A DNA stretch of 64,000 nt, taken from the NCBI GenBank assembly GCA_963719315.1, contig CAVRBU010000004.1, forward strand, positions 512,001-576,000, read 5' to 3'. How positions within the stretch are numbered: position 1 is the first letter of the stretch; each line of letters opens with the position of its first letter. Below are positions 9,710-19,816 of the stretch, piece by piece. The position numbers were made by a program, and so were the translations under genes. The notes beneath the pieces were generated by a model. That model made no database searches. It was not told the DNA's origin and was given only the letters and a program-made list of their open reading frames with translations. Source of the DNA: an uncultured Planctomycetota bacterium. GTDB taxonomy: Bacteria > Planctomycetota > Planctomycetia > Pirellulales > Lacipirellulaceae.

Positions 9710-10468
9710 ATGGCTGGACATTCACACTGGGCCAACATTGCCCATAAGAAGTCACTCATCGACAGCAAGCGCGGCAAGCTGTGGAGCAAGCTCTCCAAAG
9801 CGATCATCGTCGCGGCTAAGTCGGGAGGCGGCGACCCGAACCAGAATCTGCGACTGCGGTACGCCATCATCGACGCCAAAGCCGGCAATATGCCCAAGGA
9901 CACGATCGACCGGGCGATCAAGAAGGGGACCGGCGAAATGGAAGGCGTGAACTTCGAGGAAATTCTGTATGAGGGCTACGGCCCGAACGGCGTTGCCATT
10001 CTGTGCGACATCCTTACCGACAATCGCAACCGCACGGCCGGCGAGGTTCGCAAACTGTTCGAAATCGCCGGTGGAAATCTGGGAGCCTCCGGCTGCGTCG
10101 CCTGGATGTTCGACCGCAAGGGATTGCTCTCGATTCCGGCCGATCAGACCGATGAAGAATCGCTGATGGAGTTGGCGTTGGAGGCCGGGGCCGACGATGT
10201 CCGCCACGAGGGCGCGAACTTCGACGTTACTTGCAATCCCGAGGCTTATTCCAGCGTTTGCGATGCGATCGACGCCGCAGGCCTCAAGACCGAGGTGCGG
10301 CAAATCACGCGGATTCCGAAGGACACGATCGAGCTCGACCCCTCCGCGGCCGGCAGCGTACTGAAGCTGATGGAAGCTCTCGACGACCACGAAGACGTGC
10401 AAAACGTGTCGGCCAATTTCAGTATTTCGGACGAAGCGCTGGCGGCTATCGAGTCAGGACAAAATTGA
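9710..10468 (+). CDS. yebC: YebC/PmpR family protein
   Basis: MAGHSHWANIAHKK, YEGYGPNG, TDNRNRT, DVQNVSAN signature motifs. Confidence 0.96.
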   Translation: MAGHSHWANIAHKKSLIDSKRGKLWSKLSKAIIVAAKSGGGDPNQNLRLRYAIIDAKAGNMPKDTIDRAIKKGTGEMEGVNFEEILYEGYGPNGVAILCDILTDNRNRTAGEVRKLFEIAGGNLGASGCVAWMFDRKGLLSIPADQTDEESLMELALEAGADDVRHEGANFDVTCNPEAYSSVCDAIDAAGLKTEVRQITRIPKDTIELDPSAAGSVLKLMEALDDHEDVQNVSANFSISDEALAAIESGQN

Positions 10469-10586
10469 TCGCGCGGCGACCAGCGCGGCCCTCGCCTGAA
10501 CGGACGAAAGACCACGCGCGCTCTTAATTTAGCTGAATTACGCACTCTTTACTGCGGCAAATCGCCACAATTGCAGACGCGACAAA

Positions 10587-10603
10587 TCGGCACAAGGTTT
10601 GCC
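10587..10603 (+). promoter_or_regulatory. Putative sigma54 (-24/-12) promoter
   Basis: tcGGcacaaggtttGCc has exact GG-N10-GC spacing and is close to TGGCAC-N5-TTGC; lies upstream of the small lipoprotein and DUF3309 genes. Confidence 0.6.
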
Positions 10604-10740
10604 AATCTGACATAGCATCGAGTCGCTTGTGCTTCTCGACTTGGCTGCTTGGCGATGCTTCCGATCCACCATTGACTGCGTAGCCACCGCGGCAGTGTCA
10701 TCACGCCGCTGATCCTGTGTTCCAGAGAGAGGGGAAAATC

Positions 10741-10938
10741 ATGTTGAATCGAATTGGCGTTCGATACGCCGGACTAAGTATCGGCGCGATTGTTGTCGGC
10801 ACGTGTTTAGGTCTGTTGGCGCTCGGCGGATGTGAAAGGAAAGAGCGCGTCGTGGATGTGAAGACACCGATCGGCGACGTAAAGGTGGACAAGAACGTGG
10901 ACAACGGCGACGTTGACGTGAAGGTCGATAGAGAATAA
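10741..10938 (+). CDS. Small predicted lipoprotein
   Basis: Hydrophobic stretch and lipobox LGGC, then ERKERVVDVKTPIGDVKVDK; purine-rich RBS upstream. Confidence 0.7.
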   Translation: MLNRIGVRYAGLSIGAIVVGTCLGLLALGGCERKERVVDVKTPIGDVKVDKNVDNGDVDVKVDRE

Positions 10939-11012
10939 TTCTGCCAACGGGCCAATAATCGAGTATTAAACTGCCAACAAATAACATCACACTAAAAGGA
11001 CCGAGCACCTCA

Positions 11013-11165
11013 ATGTACACAATCCTGTTAATAATTCTGATCTTGTTATTGCTGGGAGCGATTCCGGCGTGGCCCCATAGCCGCGGTTGGGGTTATGGCC
11101 CGAGCGGCGGCTTGGGTTTGATTGTGATCATCCTGATCGTCTTGCTATTGATGGGCAGGATATAA
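11013..11165 (+). CDS. DUF3309 family small membrane protein (not in the ORF track)
   Basis: Manual translation MYTILLIILILLLLGAIPAWPHSRGWGYGPSGGLGLIVIILIVLLLMGRI*; AAAGGA RBS. Confidence 0.92.
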   Translation: MYTILLIILILLLLGAIPAWPHSRGWGYGPSGGLGLIVIILIVLLLMGRI

Positions 11166-11226
11166 ATCGCAAACGTATCGAAGCCCACGCATGCGGATGG
11201 CGCGTGCGAAAGGAAAAGTGAATAAC

Positions 11227-11262
11227 GAGCGAGCGCTTTATTAAGATGCGCTCGCTCTTTTT
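11227..11262 (+). terminator. Rho-independent terminator
   Basis: 10-bp stem gagcgagcgc / gcgctcgctc followed by TTTTT. Confidence 0.75.
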
Positions 11263-11370
11263 ATTGCGATCAAGTCGGATAAGCAGCGAGCAATAAGGCG
11301 TGTCTTGCGGCCGCTGCGGGCTTCGATCAGACTCTGGGGGAAGTCAGGCCATTGAAAGCAGAAGTGAACC

Positions 11371-12354
11371 ATGCAGTATCGCGCGTTGGGTCGTACCGGC
11401 TGGAATGTTTCGACCGTCAGCTTCGGCGCTTGGGCGATCGGTGGCGCGTGGGGCTCGGTGGATGACAAGGAATCGCTCGCCGCGCTCGATCGGGCCATCG
11501 ACCTCGGCGTCAACTTTATCGATACGGCCGACGTGTATGGCGACGGACGCAGCGAGCTGCTCGTGGCAGAGGTTCGCCGGCGGCGCTCGGAAGTGATTCA
11601 TGTCGCCACGAAAGCCGGCCGGCGGCTACCGGCGCAAACCGTCGAGGGCTATAGCCGCGAAAACCTCACGGCTTTCGTCGAACGCAGCTTGAAAAATCTG
11701 GGCACGGAGACCATCGACTTGCTGCAACTTCATTGCCCGCCGAATGAGGTTTACTATCGGCCCGAGGTGTTCGGCTTTCTGGATGACTTGGTCGCGGCCG
11801 GCAAGCTGCAGTATTACGGCGTGAGCGTCACGTCACCGGAGGAAGGCCTCAAGGCGATGGATTTTCCGAATCTGCAGAGCGTGCAAATCATTTTCAATAT
11901 GTTCCGTCACCGGCCGGCGGAAGTGTTTCTGGCCGAAGCGAAACGCCGCAAGGTGGGCGTACTGGCCCGCGTGCCGCTGGCCTCCGGCATGCTCACCGGC
12001 AAGATGCGGCGCGACACGAAATTCGAACCGACCGACCACCGCGACTTCAATCGTCACGGCGAACAGTTCGATGTCGGCGAAACGTTTTCCGGCGTCGATT
12101 ACGAAACCGGCTTGCGGGCCGTGGAGGAATTGAAAACCGTTTGCCCGCCCGGCTGGTCGCTCACGCAATTCGCCTTGCGGTGGATATTGATGCACGAAGG
12201 CGTGACGTGTGCAATCCCCGGTGCCAAGCGGCCCGCGCAAGCGGAAGACAACTGCGCCGCGGCCGACCTGCCGCCGCTCACCGAGGCCGCGATGGAAGCC
12301 GTTCGCCGGATTTACGATGAGCACATCCGGGCGCAGGTGCATGCTCGTTGGTAG
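11371..12354 (+). CDS. Aldo/keto reductase
   Basis: GVNFIDTADVYGDGRSE, ATK, IDLLQLH, PLASGMLTGK, IPGAK motifs. Confidence 0.95.
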   Translation: MQYRALGRTGWNVSTVSFGAWAIGGAWGSVDDKESLAALDRAIDLGVNFIDTADVYGDGRSELLVAEVRRRRSEVIHVATKAGRRLPAQTVEGYSRENLTAFVERSLKNLGTETIDLLQLHCPPNEVYYRPEVFGFLDDLVAAGKLQYYGVSVTSPEEGLKAMDFPNLQSVQIIFNMFRHRPAEVFLAEAKRRKVGVLARVPLASGMLTGKMRRDTKFEPTDHRDFNRHGEQFDVGETFSGVDYETGLRAVEELKTVCPPGWSLTQFALRWILMHEGVTCAIPGAKRPAQAEDNCAAADLPPLTEAAMEAVRRIYDEHIRAQVHARW

Positions 12355-12400
12355 GAATCTGCGGGCTGGTAGTCCCCATCGCAAATACCGAGAGCAAGAG

Positions 12401-12420
12401 GTGGGCGGTGCCCACGCTAC
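12401..12420 (-). repeat. GTAG-type REP hairpin (gtgggc..gcccac family)
   Basis: gtgggcggtgcccacgctac; its GTAG contains the stop codon of the convergent EEP gene. Confidence 0.7.
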
Positions 12421-13343
12421 TTTATCCGCAGCGTCGCAGTCACTGGATAATGGTCGGATGGCCAGCGGCCGTCGTAATTGGTGCGGATAATTCCGGCCGC
12501 TATGGGAGTGAACTCATCGGTGTGCAGAATGAAATCGATCCGCGAGCCTTTGAGCGTGCCCTTCCAATCATCGAAGCTGGCTTCGTCGGATGAGCGCTGG
12601 GGATGGAGCTCGCGGTAGCTATCGGCCAGCTTGCGTCCCGATTCGTCGGGTCCGACCAGCGTGATAAAGGCCGGCGTATCTTCTTTGCTGTTGAGATCGC
12701 CGGTCACGATGAGGGGGACGCCTCTCGCAATTGTGGCCAGACGTTGACGAACCAATGCGGCCGACTTCTTGCGGGCTGTCGCGTCGATATGGTCCCAATG
12801 TTGATTCAGCAACACCAGCTCGTGGCCCGTGTTGGCATCCAGCAGTCGCACCCAGGAGGCGATGCGTGGCACGGCGTTCGGCACGGTGTAAAAACTCGTG
12901 CCCGGTTTTTCGGGGGTCGCGCTGAGCCAGAACGAGCCGGCGTCTTTCCGCGTGAAGCGATCCCGGCGATAAAAGATTCCCGAGAATTCGCCGGCCGTTT
13001 TGCCGTCGTCGCGGCCGATGCCGTAAAACGCGTACTCCGGCAATGCTTTTTTCAGATCTTCGATTTGTTGGTCGCGGGCTTCCTGCACGCCGAGCAGATC
13101 GGGTGCGGCCTCGCGGATGACGCGAATCGATCGCTCGCGGCGTGGGTGCTCGGCATCGTTCCAGTTGTTCTCGGCCAGGTCTTCGCTGTGACCGGCTATG
13201 CTGAAGCGGATGTTAAATGACATCACGCGGAGGTCGGGTGAATCGGCGGCGGATGCTACGGCGCACCCCATAGAGAGCGCCAGGAAGATCGTCGCGGACA
13301 GGGCAACGATTCTCCGTATATGTCTTTGAAAAAGATTGGGCAT
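12417..13343 (-). CDS. Secreted endonuclease/exonuclease/phosphatase family protein
   Basis: Signal peptide; RVMSFNIR, DLLGVQE, GDLN, RIDFI, PSDHYPV. Confidence 0.93.
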   Translation of the reverse strand: MPNLFQRHIRRIVALSATIFLALSMGCAVASAADSPDLRVMSFNIRFSIAGHSEDLAENNWNDAEHPRRERSIRVIREAAPDLLGVQEARDQQIEDLKKALPEYAFYGIGRDDGKTAGEFSGIFYRRDRFTRKDAGSFWLSATPEKPGTSFYTVPNAVPRIASWVRLLDANTGHELVLLNQHWDHIDATARKKSAALVRQRLATIARGVPLIVTGDLNSKEDTPAFITLVGPDESGRKLADSYRELHPQRSSDEASFDDWKGTLKGSRIDFILHTDEFTPIAAGIIRTNYDGRWPSDHYPVTATLRIK

Positions 13344-13354
13344 CGGTAGTCCTT

Positions 13355-13439
13355 GTAGGTCCCTTCTGCCGGAATGGACCTTTACGATTCATCGAACTTT
13401 GCGATGACGCAAAGGTCCCGCTCGGCAAGCGGGACCTAC
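13355..13439. repeat. GTAG-type REP pair (REPIN-like)
   Basis: gtaggtcccttctgccggaatggacct ... aggtcccgctcggcaagcgggacctac, in inverted orientation. Confidence 0.75.
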
Positions 13440-13452
13440 TTTTGTCACAAAG

Positions 13453-15030
13453 CTATTCCTTGCCGACGTGCTTCACCTTCGGCCAATATTTTTGAAAGTC
13501 GAATTCGGGGCTGTTGTCGCCATCGTGGCATTGCATGCACATTTTGGCGACTTTTGCTTTTTCAAAGACCTGCCCATCCTTGTTGCCTTCGTTGTCGACG
13601 ATCTTCAATCGTAGCGCAGCGCGCAGCTCATCCCGCTGGGCGTCGGTCAGTTCGATTTCGCCGTTCTCGGCGGCGGCATGTTTGGCCGCCGGGCCGTGAC
13701 AGTTCTCACAACCGTTGCCCACGAGGTCGGGCGTATCTTTCATGCTCACATAGCCGGATTCGAACGGGAAATACTTTTGCGGCTCCCAACCGGTGACGTG
13801 ACAGCTTAAGCATTCGGGGTCGTACAGCCGGGGCGGATCGGTGCGCTTTACCAGGGTCTCGGTCGCGTGGGCATGGGGCGTGCTCTCGTATACCTCGGCT
13901 GCTTTGGTGTGGCAATCGGCGCACACCTTGCTTCCGGCGTACTTGCGACCGGTCGGATGGGCAGTGGACTTGAGTCCCAAGCCATCCCACCCGAGTTTAG
14001 CAAGCGTTTCGAGCTGGTGCTGATAGTCGACCTGCATTTTGTAGATTTCTGGCGCATCGGCGAAGCGATGATCGAGCGGCACGCGCTGGTAGCGGAACGA
14101 CGGCTTGCCGTTCTTGTAAAAGCCGACGACTACTACGTACTCGGCCTTCTGCCCGACTTCGACCAAATACGAATCGGTCCCCTCGATTTTGGCTGGCTCT
14201 TTGGGCGGCACTTCGGCGCCGTGCGTCGTCAGCACCCAATCAAATACTTTGAACCGCCGTGCGAGCGCCTTGGCCTCGTCTGGCTCACCATTCACAAGAA
14301 GCACCAAATGATCGCATTTCGCGTTCTCGAGGTCGGCCAAGATATCTGGAATCGCTTGTACCGGTTCGGCCAGCAACAGGTCCTTGTTCTTGATGTGGGA
14401 GATTTGCTTTGTTCCCAGCACGGTGGTGACGCCGATTCGCATGCCGCCGCGCTCGATGATCTTATACCGCTTCGTAAACCCGCTGTTGAAGTCGCCGATG
14501 GCCACGTTTGCCGAAACCAGCGGATTGGTGGCGGCCTCCAGATTGATGGCGATGGAAAACAGATCCATCTTGAGGTCGTTTTCGCCAAAGCCGACAACGT
14601 CGTAGCCCATCTTTGTCAGGGCGCGATACGTAAAATCGGCTTTCATGCCGGCTTGCACGCCGGTGTACTTTTCTTGGCCGCCCGCATCCATCACGATCAG
14701 GGGCCAGCCCCGGTCGCGTAATTGCTTGAGCATCGTAAAGCGTCGTTTGAGGCCGCCCTTCTGGTTCTCCAGGCCGGCACAACCACACGGCTCCAGATAA
14801 CCATCTTGCTCGGCGGAAAACACGAGCGCGACATCGGGCTTCGGCCAATCGACGAAGATCGGGCCGTTCGCCTCGATCGGATCGACCTTTTCATGATTGC
14901 CAATCACCGGATCGGAGCTATCGGCCGCGGGCGTCGCGCCGCGCAACATGCCGACTGCGATAGCCGCCCCCAGAATCACGAGCGGCGCGATCTTCATCCC
15001 CTGCGTTCTCAGATTCGGGCGAGCGGGCAT
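13453..15030 (-). CDS. Multiheme c-type cytochrome (c554-like) fused to a 5'-nucleotidase/metallophosphoesterase-like domain
   Basis: Four CxxCH motifs (CADCH, CLSCH, CENCH, CMQCH); N-domain GYLEPCGC..GGLKRR..MDAGG..YDVVGFGENDL..LVSANV; signal peptide. Confidence 0.85.
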   Translation of the reverse strand: MPARPNLRTQGMKIAPLVILGAAIAVGMLRGATPAADSSDPVIGNHEKVDPIEANGPIFVDWPKPDVALVFSAEQDGYLEPCGCAGLENQKGGLKRRFTMLKQLRDRGWPLIVMDAGGQEKYTGVQAGMKADFTYRALTKMGYDVVGFGENDLKMDLFSIAINLEAATNPLVSANVAIGDFNSGFTKRYKIIERGGMRIGVTTVLGTKQISHIKNKDLLLAEPVQAIPDILADLENAKCDHLVLLVNGEPDEAKALARRFKVFDWVLTTHGAEVPPKEPAKIEGTDSYLVEVGQKAEYVVVVGFYKNGKPSFRYQRVPLDHRFADAPEIYKMQVDYQHQLETLAKLGWDGLGLKSTAHPTGRKYAGSKVCADCHTKAAEVYESTPHAHATETLVKRTDPPRLYDPECLSCHVTGWEPQKYFPFESGYVSMKDTPDLVGNGCENCHGPAAKHAAAENGEIELTDAQRDELRAALRLKIVDNEGNKDGQVFEKAKVAKMCMQCHDGDNSPEFDFQKYWPKVKHVGKE

Positions 15031-15081
15031 CCGTACAGTTCCTGGTTCTGACGTAAAAGCACAATGCGAATGCGTCGCCGG

Positions 15082-16251
15082 TTAACGCTCGATGACGAAC
15101 TGCACGCCAAGCGACAATTCTTTGATCTTGGGGTGCGTCGTCGAGATCACGATCCGCCCGGCCTCGCCCTGGGCCGTATCGAGGCGAACCATTGGCCGCA
15201 AACCGGGCGATATTTCGATTTCCAGCGGCAACTGCACGAGCTCTTCCTTCAATTTCTGCGGCTTGCCGATGGTGACTTTCAGTTCCGGGGGATCGCAGGA
15301 GAGCACTTTGAAGGCCACCTTCTCCGCGTCGGGTCCGCGGACGACGATGATTAACTTGTCCTTGTGCCCTTCGCTGCTCTTCACGCTCCCAATTCTCAAG
15401 GCGCCTTGGTCCTCGAGCCAGCCAGGGCCGTGGACGCTGATATCGCCAACCACCTGGCCTAGAATGGGAATCTCCAGCGACTCGGCTTGCTCCAGATTCG
15501 TCTTGAGTGAAAGCCATTGCGAAAATCGGCCGATGGGCAGACCTTCCTTTGCAGTCACCGAGACACGCACGCCGCGCCGGGCCGACTTATTGGGCAAATC
15601 TTTCGTATCCACCGGTTCGATTTTCACTTTGAACCGATCGCGGGTCGCGGCATCGGAAAGCTGTGGATCGCTGACCTTGAGATCATCCTGCAACATGGCC
15701 ATCACGTAGACCTGGGCCGTGCGGCTCTCGCCGATTGGAATCTTGTCGAACATGAACTCGCTCGGCTCCACGCCGCTGACCGACATGATCTTGCCATCGA
15801 TCGTGAATTGCAACGTCGAGTGGAGCGGATCGTTGGTGAGAATGTTGGCCGTTTGGCGGAAGGGGCCGTTATCGGACTTCGCAGTCCACTCGACCTTGAC
15901 GTGGGTCGAGCCGCCGGGCGGAACGGCCGAGTTGCTCACTTCCGAAAGGGTGCACTTGCAGGTGGTGGTGCCGGCCCGCAATGTCAGCGGCGCTGTGCCG
16001 GCGTTACGAATCGTGAACTCGTGCGACTTCTTCGTGCCCCGCTGCATGCTGCCGAAATCGTAATGGAGTTCGTCCGACTCGGCGCGAGGTAGATCGCCAC
16101 TTGCATCGGGGGCTGTGACCTCGGTTTCGCCCGGCAAGGCATTGACGGGCCCCAAATCGTTGCGGACCTCGACGTACGCGACCGCGCCCCCCACGAGGCA
16201 GCCGACCAAGGCCGCCACGGAAATCAGGCTTAGAATTCGCATAGTTCCCAT
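15082..16251 (-). CDS. DUF1573 domain-containing protein
   Basis: YDFGSM...HEFTIRNAGTAPLTL...TTCKCT...VPPGGS...ILTNDP; N-terminal membrane anchor. Confidence 0.88.
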   Translation of the reverse strand: MGTMRILSLISVAALVGCLVGGAVAYVEVRNDLGPVNALPGETEVTAPDASGDLPRAESDELHYDFGSMQRGTKKSHEFTIRNAGTAPLTLRAGTTTCKCTLSEVSNSAVPPGGSTHVKVEWTAKSDNGPFRQTANILTNDPLHSTLQFTIDGKIMSVSGVEPSEFMFDKIPIGESRTAQVYVMAMLQDDLKVSDPQLSDAATRDRFKVKIEPVDTKDLPNKSARRGVRVSVTAKEGLPIGRFSQWLSLKTNLEQAESLEIPILGQVVGDISVHGPGWLEDQGALRIGSVKSSEGHKDKLIIVVRGPDAEKVAFKVLSCDPPELKVTIGKPQKLKEELVQLPLEIEISPGLRPMVRLDTAQGEAGRIVISTTHPKIKELSLGVQFVIER

Positions 16252-16305
16252 AATTACAGACCTCGCCTTCTTCGCATTACGGGTGGCCGCGTTGCACGGT
16301 TCGCA

Positions 16306-16857
16306 TCATTTTAGCCCGCCGGCACGCGGGCCGCAATTCAAGAGCCATTCGCGGCACTCGTTGAAAAACCGGTGGAAGTCGTCGCGGCGGTAGTCGGGAT
16401 AAGTCCACTCCAGCGGCTGCCAACGGTGCTGCCGATAGGCGAGCGTCACCTCGGCGTAGATGCCCTCGCGCAGATAGATACGATGCGCATGATCCTTCGT
16501 GGACGCGAGCACCAGCTTGGCCGGGGTGATGTAACCGGGGTCAAGATTGAGCGGCCGCGGCTCGGCGTGCCTCGCCAACGCGGCGTACTCTGCTTCCCAC
16601 TCGTTGGTCTGGCGCTTGATCTGGGCCAACGCGCCCGGATCGATCGGCCGCTCGAACGCGAGAAACTGCTTCTTGAGGCCGGCGCCCATCGTGGCGGTGT
16701 AGTAATCGGTTTCCGAGAAGTCGAAGGCATCGCTCGTCAGGATGACAGGTCCGTGGTACTGAATGGCGATTTCGCGGCTCCAATCGAAGGCCGTCTGATG
16801 CCTGCTGACTACTGCTACCAGCAGCATCGTCGGCGCTGGTTGGTGAATGTCGCCCAT
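16306..16857 (-). CDS. DUF4416 family protein
   Basis: TDYYTATMG, IKRQTNEWE, RPLNLDPGYI, KLVLASTKDHAHRIYL, WTYPDY. Confidence 0.9.
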   Translation of the reverse strand: MGDIHQPAPTMLLVAVVSRHQTAFDWSREIAIQYHGPVILTSDAFDFSETDYYTATMGAGLKKQFLAFERPIDPGALAQIKRQTNEWEAEYAALARHAEPRPLNLDPGYITPAKLVLASTKDHAHRIYLREGIYAEVTLAYRQHRWQPLEWTYPDYRRDDFHRFFNECREWLLNCGPRAGGLK

Positions 16858-16863
16858 TTTTCA

Positions 16864-17046
16864 ATTGACACAAAAAGGCACGAAAAGACACTAAAAACGC
16901 CAGAACGCTAATTACCACTGATCTTCTCCAATCAAGAAATGGAGGACTCCTGAATTCAATCATTCCCATTAGCGACGATTGGCGAAAATCAGTTTTCCCT
17001 CTCGACGAAATTCTTTTTGCGCCTCCTCGTGCCTTTTCGTGGCCAT
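16864..17046. repeat. Inverted-repeat shell (cacgaaaaggcac family) enclosing about 120 bp of AT-rich DNA
   Basis: attgacacaaaaaggcacgaaaagacactaaaa versus tttttgcgcctcctcgtgccttttcgtggccat. Confidence 0.7.
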
Positions 17047-17048
17047 TG

Positions 17049-18791
<1,743 letters not shown>

Positions 18792-18793
18792 TA

Positions 18794-19801
18794 ATGTCCA
18801 CCACGACTGAACGACGATACGTTTGCCAGCTTGGCCACAACGAACAAATCAACCAAGTGTTCTTGGCGTCCGACAAGCAACTGCGGCCCAATCGCAACGG
18901 CAACCTGTATCTGCAGTTGCAACTTTCCGACCGCAGCGGTGGAATCGCGGCCCGGCTCTGGAACGCGAGCGAGAACGACTACCGCGCATTCGAAAATGGC
19001 GATTATGTGAAAGTCGAAGGCAACACGCAGCTCTTTCAGGGCAACATGCAGCTCATCGCCAGCGCGATTCGCCGCGCCCGGCCCGACGAGATCGATGAAA
19101 CCGATTTCCTCGTGCTCCGCAGCGACGAGATCGACCGCATGGCACAGCGGCTTACTGAAATCCTGCGGACGATCAAGATGCCCGAGCTCCGCAACCTGGC
19201 CGAATGTTTCCTGATGGATGCCGCGTTCATGGCCAAGTTCGCGGCTGCCCCGGCCGGCATGAAAAACCATCACGCCTACCACGGCGGGCTATTGGAGCAC
19301 GTCGTCGGGCTGATGGAGCTGGTGCTCGTCGTCGCCCCGCGCTACCCGCGCCTCGATCAGGACAAGCTGCTCGTCGGCGCGTTCCTGCACGATGCGGCCA
19401 AGGTCGACGAACTCTCCTACGATCGCGAAATCGCCTACACCGACGACGGCCAACTCCTCGGCCACATGGTACTGGCCATGACGATGATCGACGACAAAGT
19501 CCGTGACGCCGAACGGCTCGCCGGCGAAGCGTTCCCCAAGCAGCTCGTGACCGAGATCAAGCACATGGTAATCAGCCACCATGGCGAATACGAATACGGC
19601 AGCCCCAAGCTGCCGATGACGCTCGAAGCCGTCGCCCTGCACCACCTCGACAACCTCGACGCCAAGATGGCCAGCTTCACGCAATTGATGGTCGATTGCC
19701 CGAACGTGGAGAGCAATTGGACGCAGTATCATGCGAACCTGGGGCGGAAGTTATATAAGGGCCCGCGGCAACTTGCACCGAACTCCAGCGAACATCGCTG
19801 A
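18794..19801 (+). CDS. yhaM: YhaM/Cbf1 family 3'-5' exoribonuclease (OB fold + HD domain)
   Basis: YLQLQLSDRSG OB fold; HHAYHGGLLEH, FLHDAAK, LLGH, SHHG..YGSPKLPMTLEA..LHHLDNLDA. Confidence 0.9.
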   Translation: MSTTTERRYVCQLGHNEQINQVFLASDKQLRPNRNGNLYLQLQLSDRSGGIAARLWNASENDYRAFENGDYVKVEGNTQLFQGNMQLIASAIRRARPDEIDETDFLVLRSDEIDRMAQRLTEILRTIKMPELRNLAECFLMDAAFMAKFAAAPAGMKNHHAYHGGLLEHVVGLMELVLVVAPRYPRLDQDKLLVGAFLHDAAKVDELSYDREIAYTDDGQLLGHMVLAMTMIDDKVRDAERLAGEAFPKQLVTEIKHMVISHHGEYEYGSPKLPMTLEAVALHHLDNLDAKMASFTQLMVDCPNVESNWTQYHANLGRKLYKGPRQLAPNSSEHR

Positions 19802-19816
19802 TTAGAATACATCCAT

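Noticed and set aside
14770..14800. Selenocysteine in the CGC motif of the cytochrome fusion
   Set aside because: Both positions are ordinary TGT Cys codons; there is no in-frame TGA.
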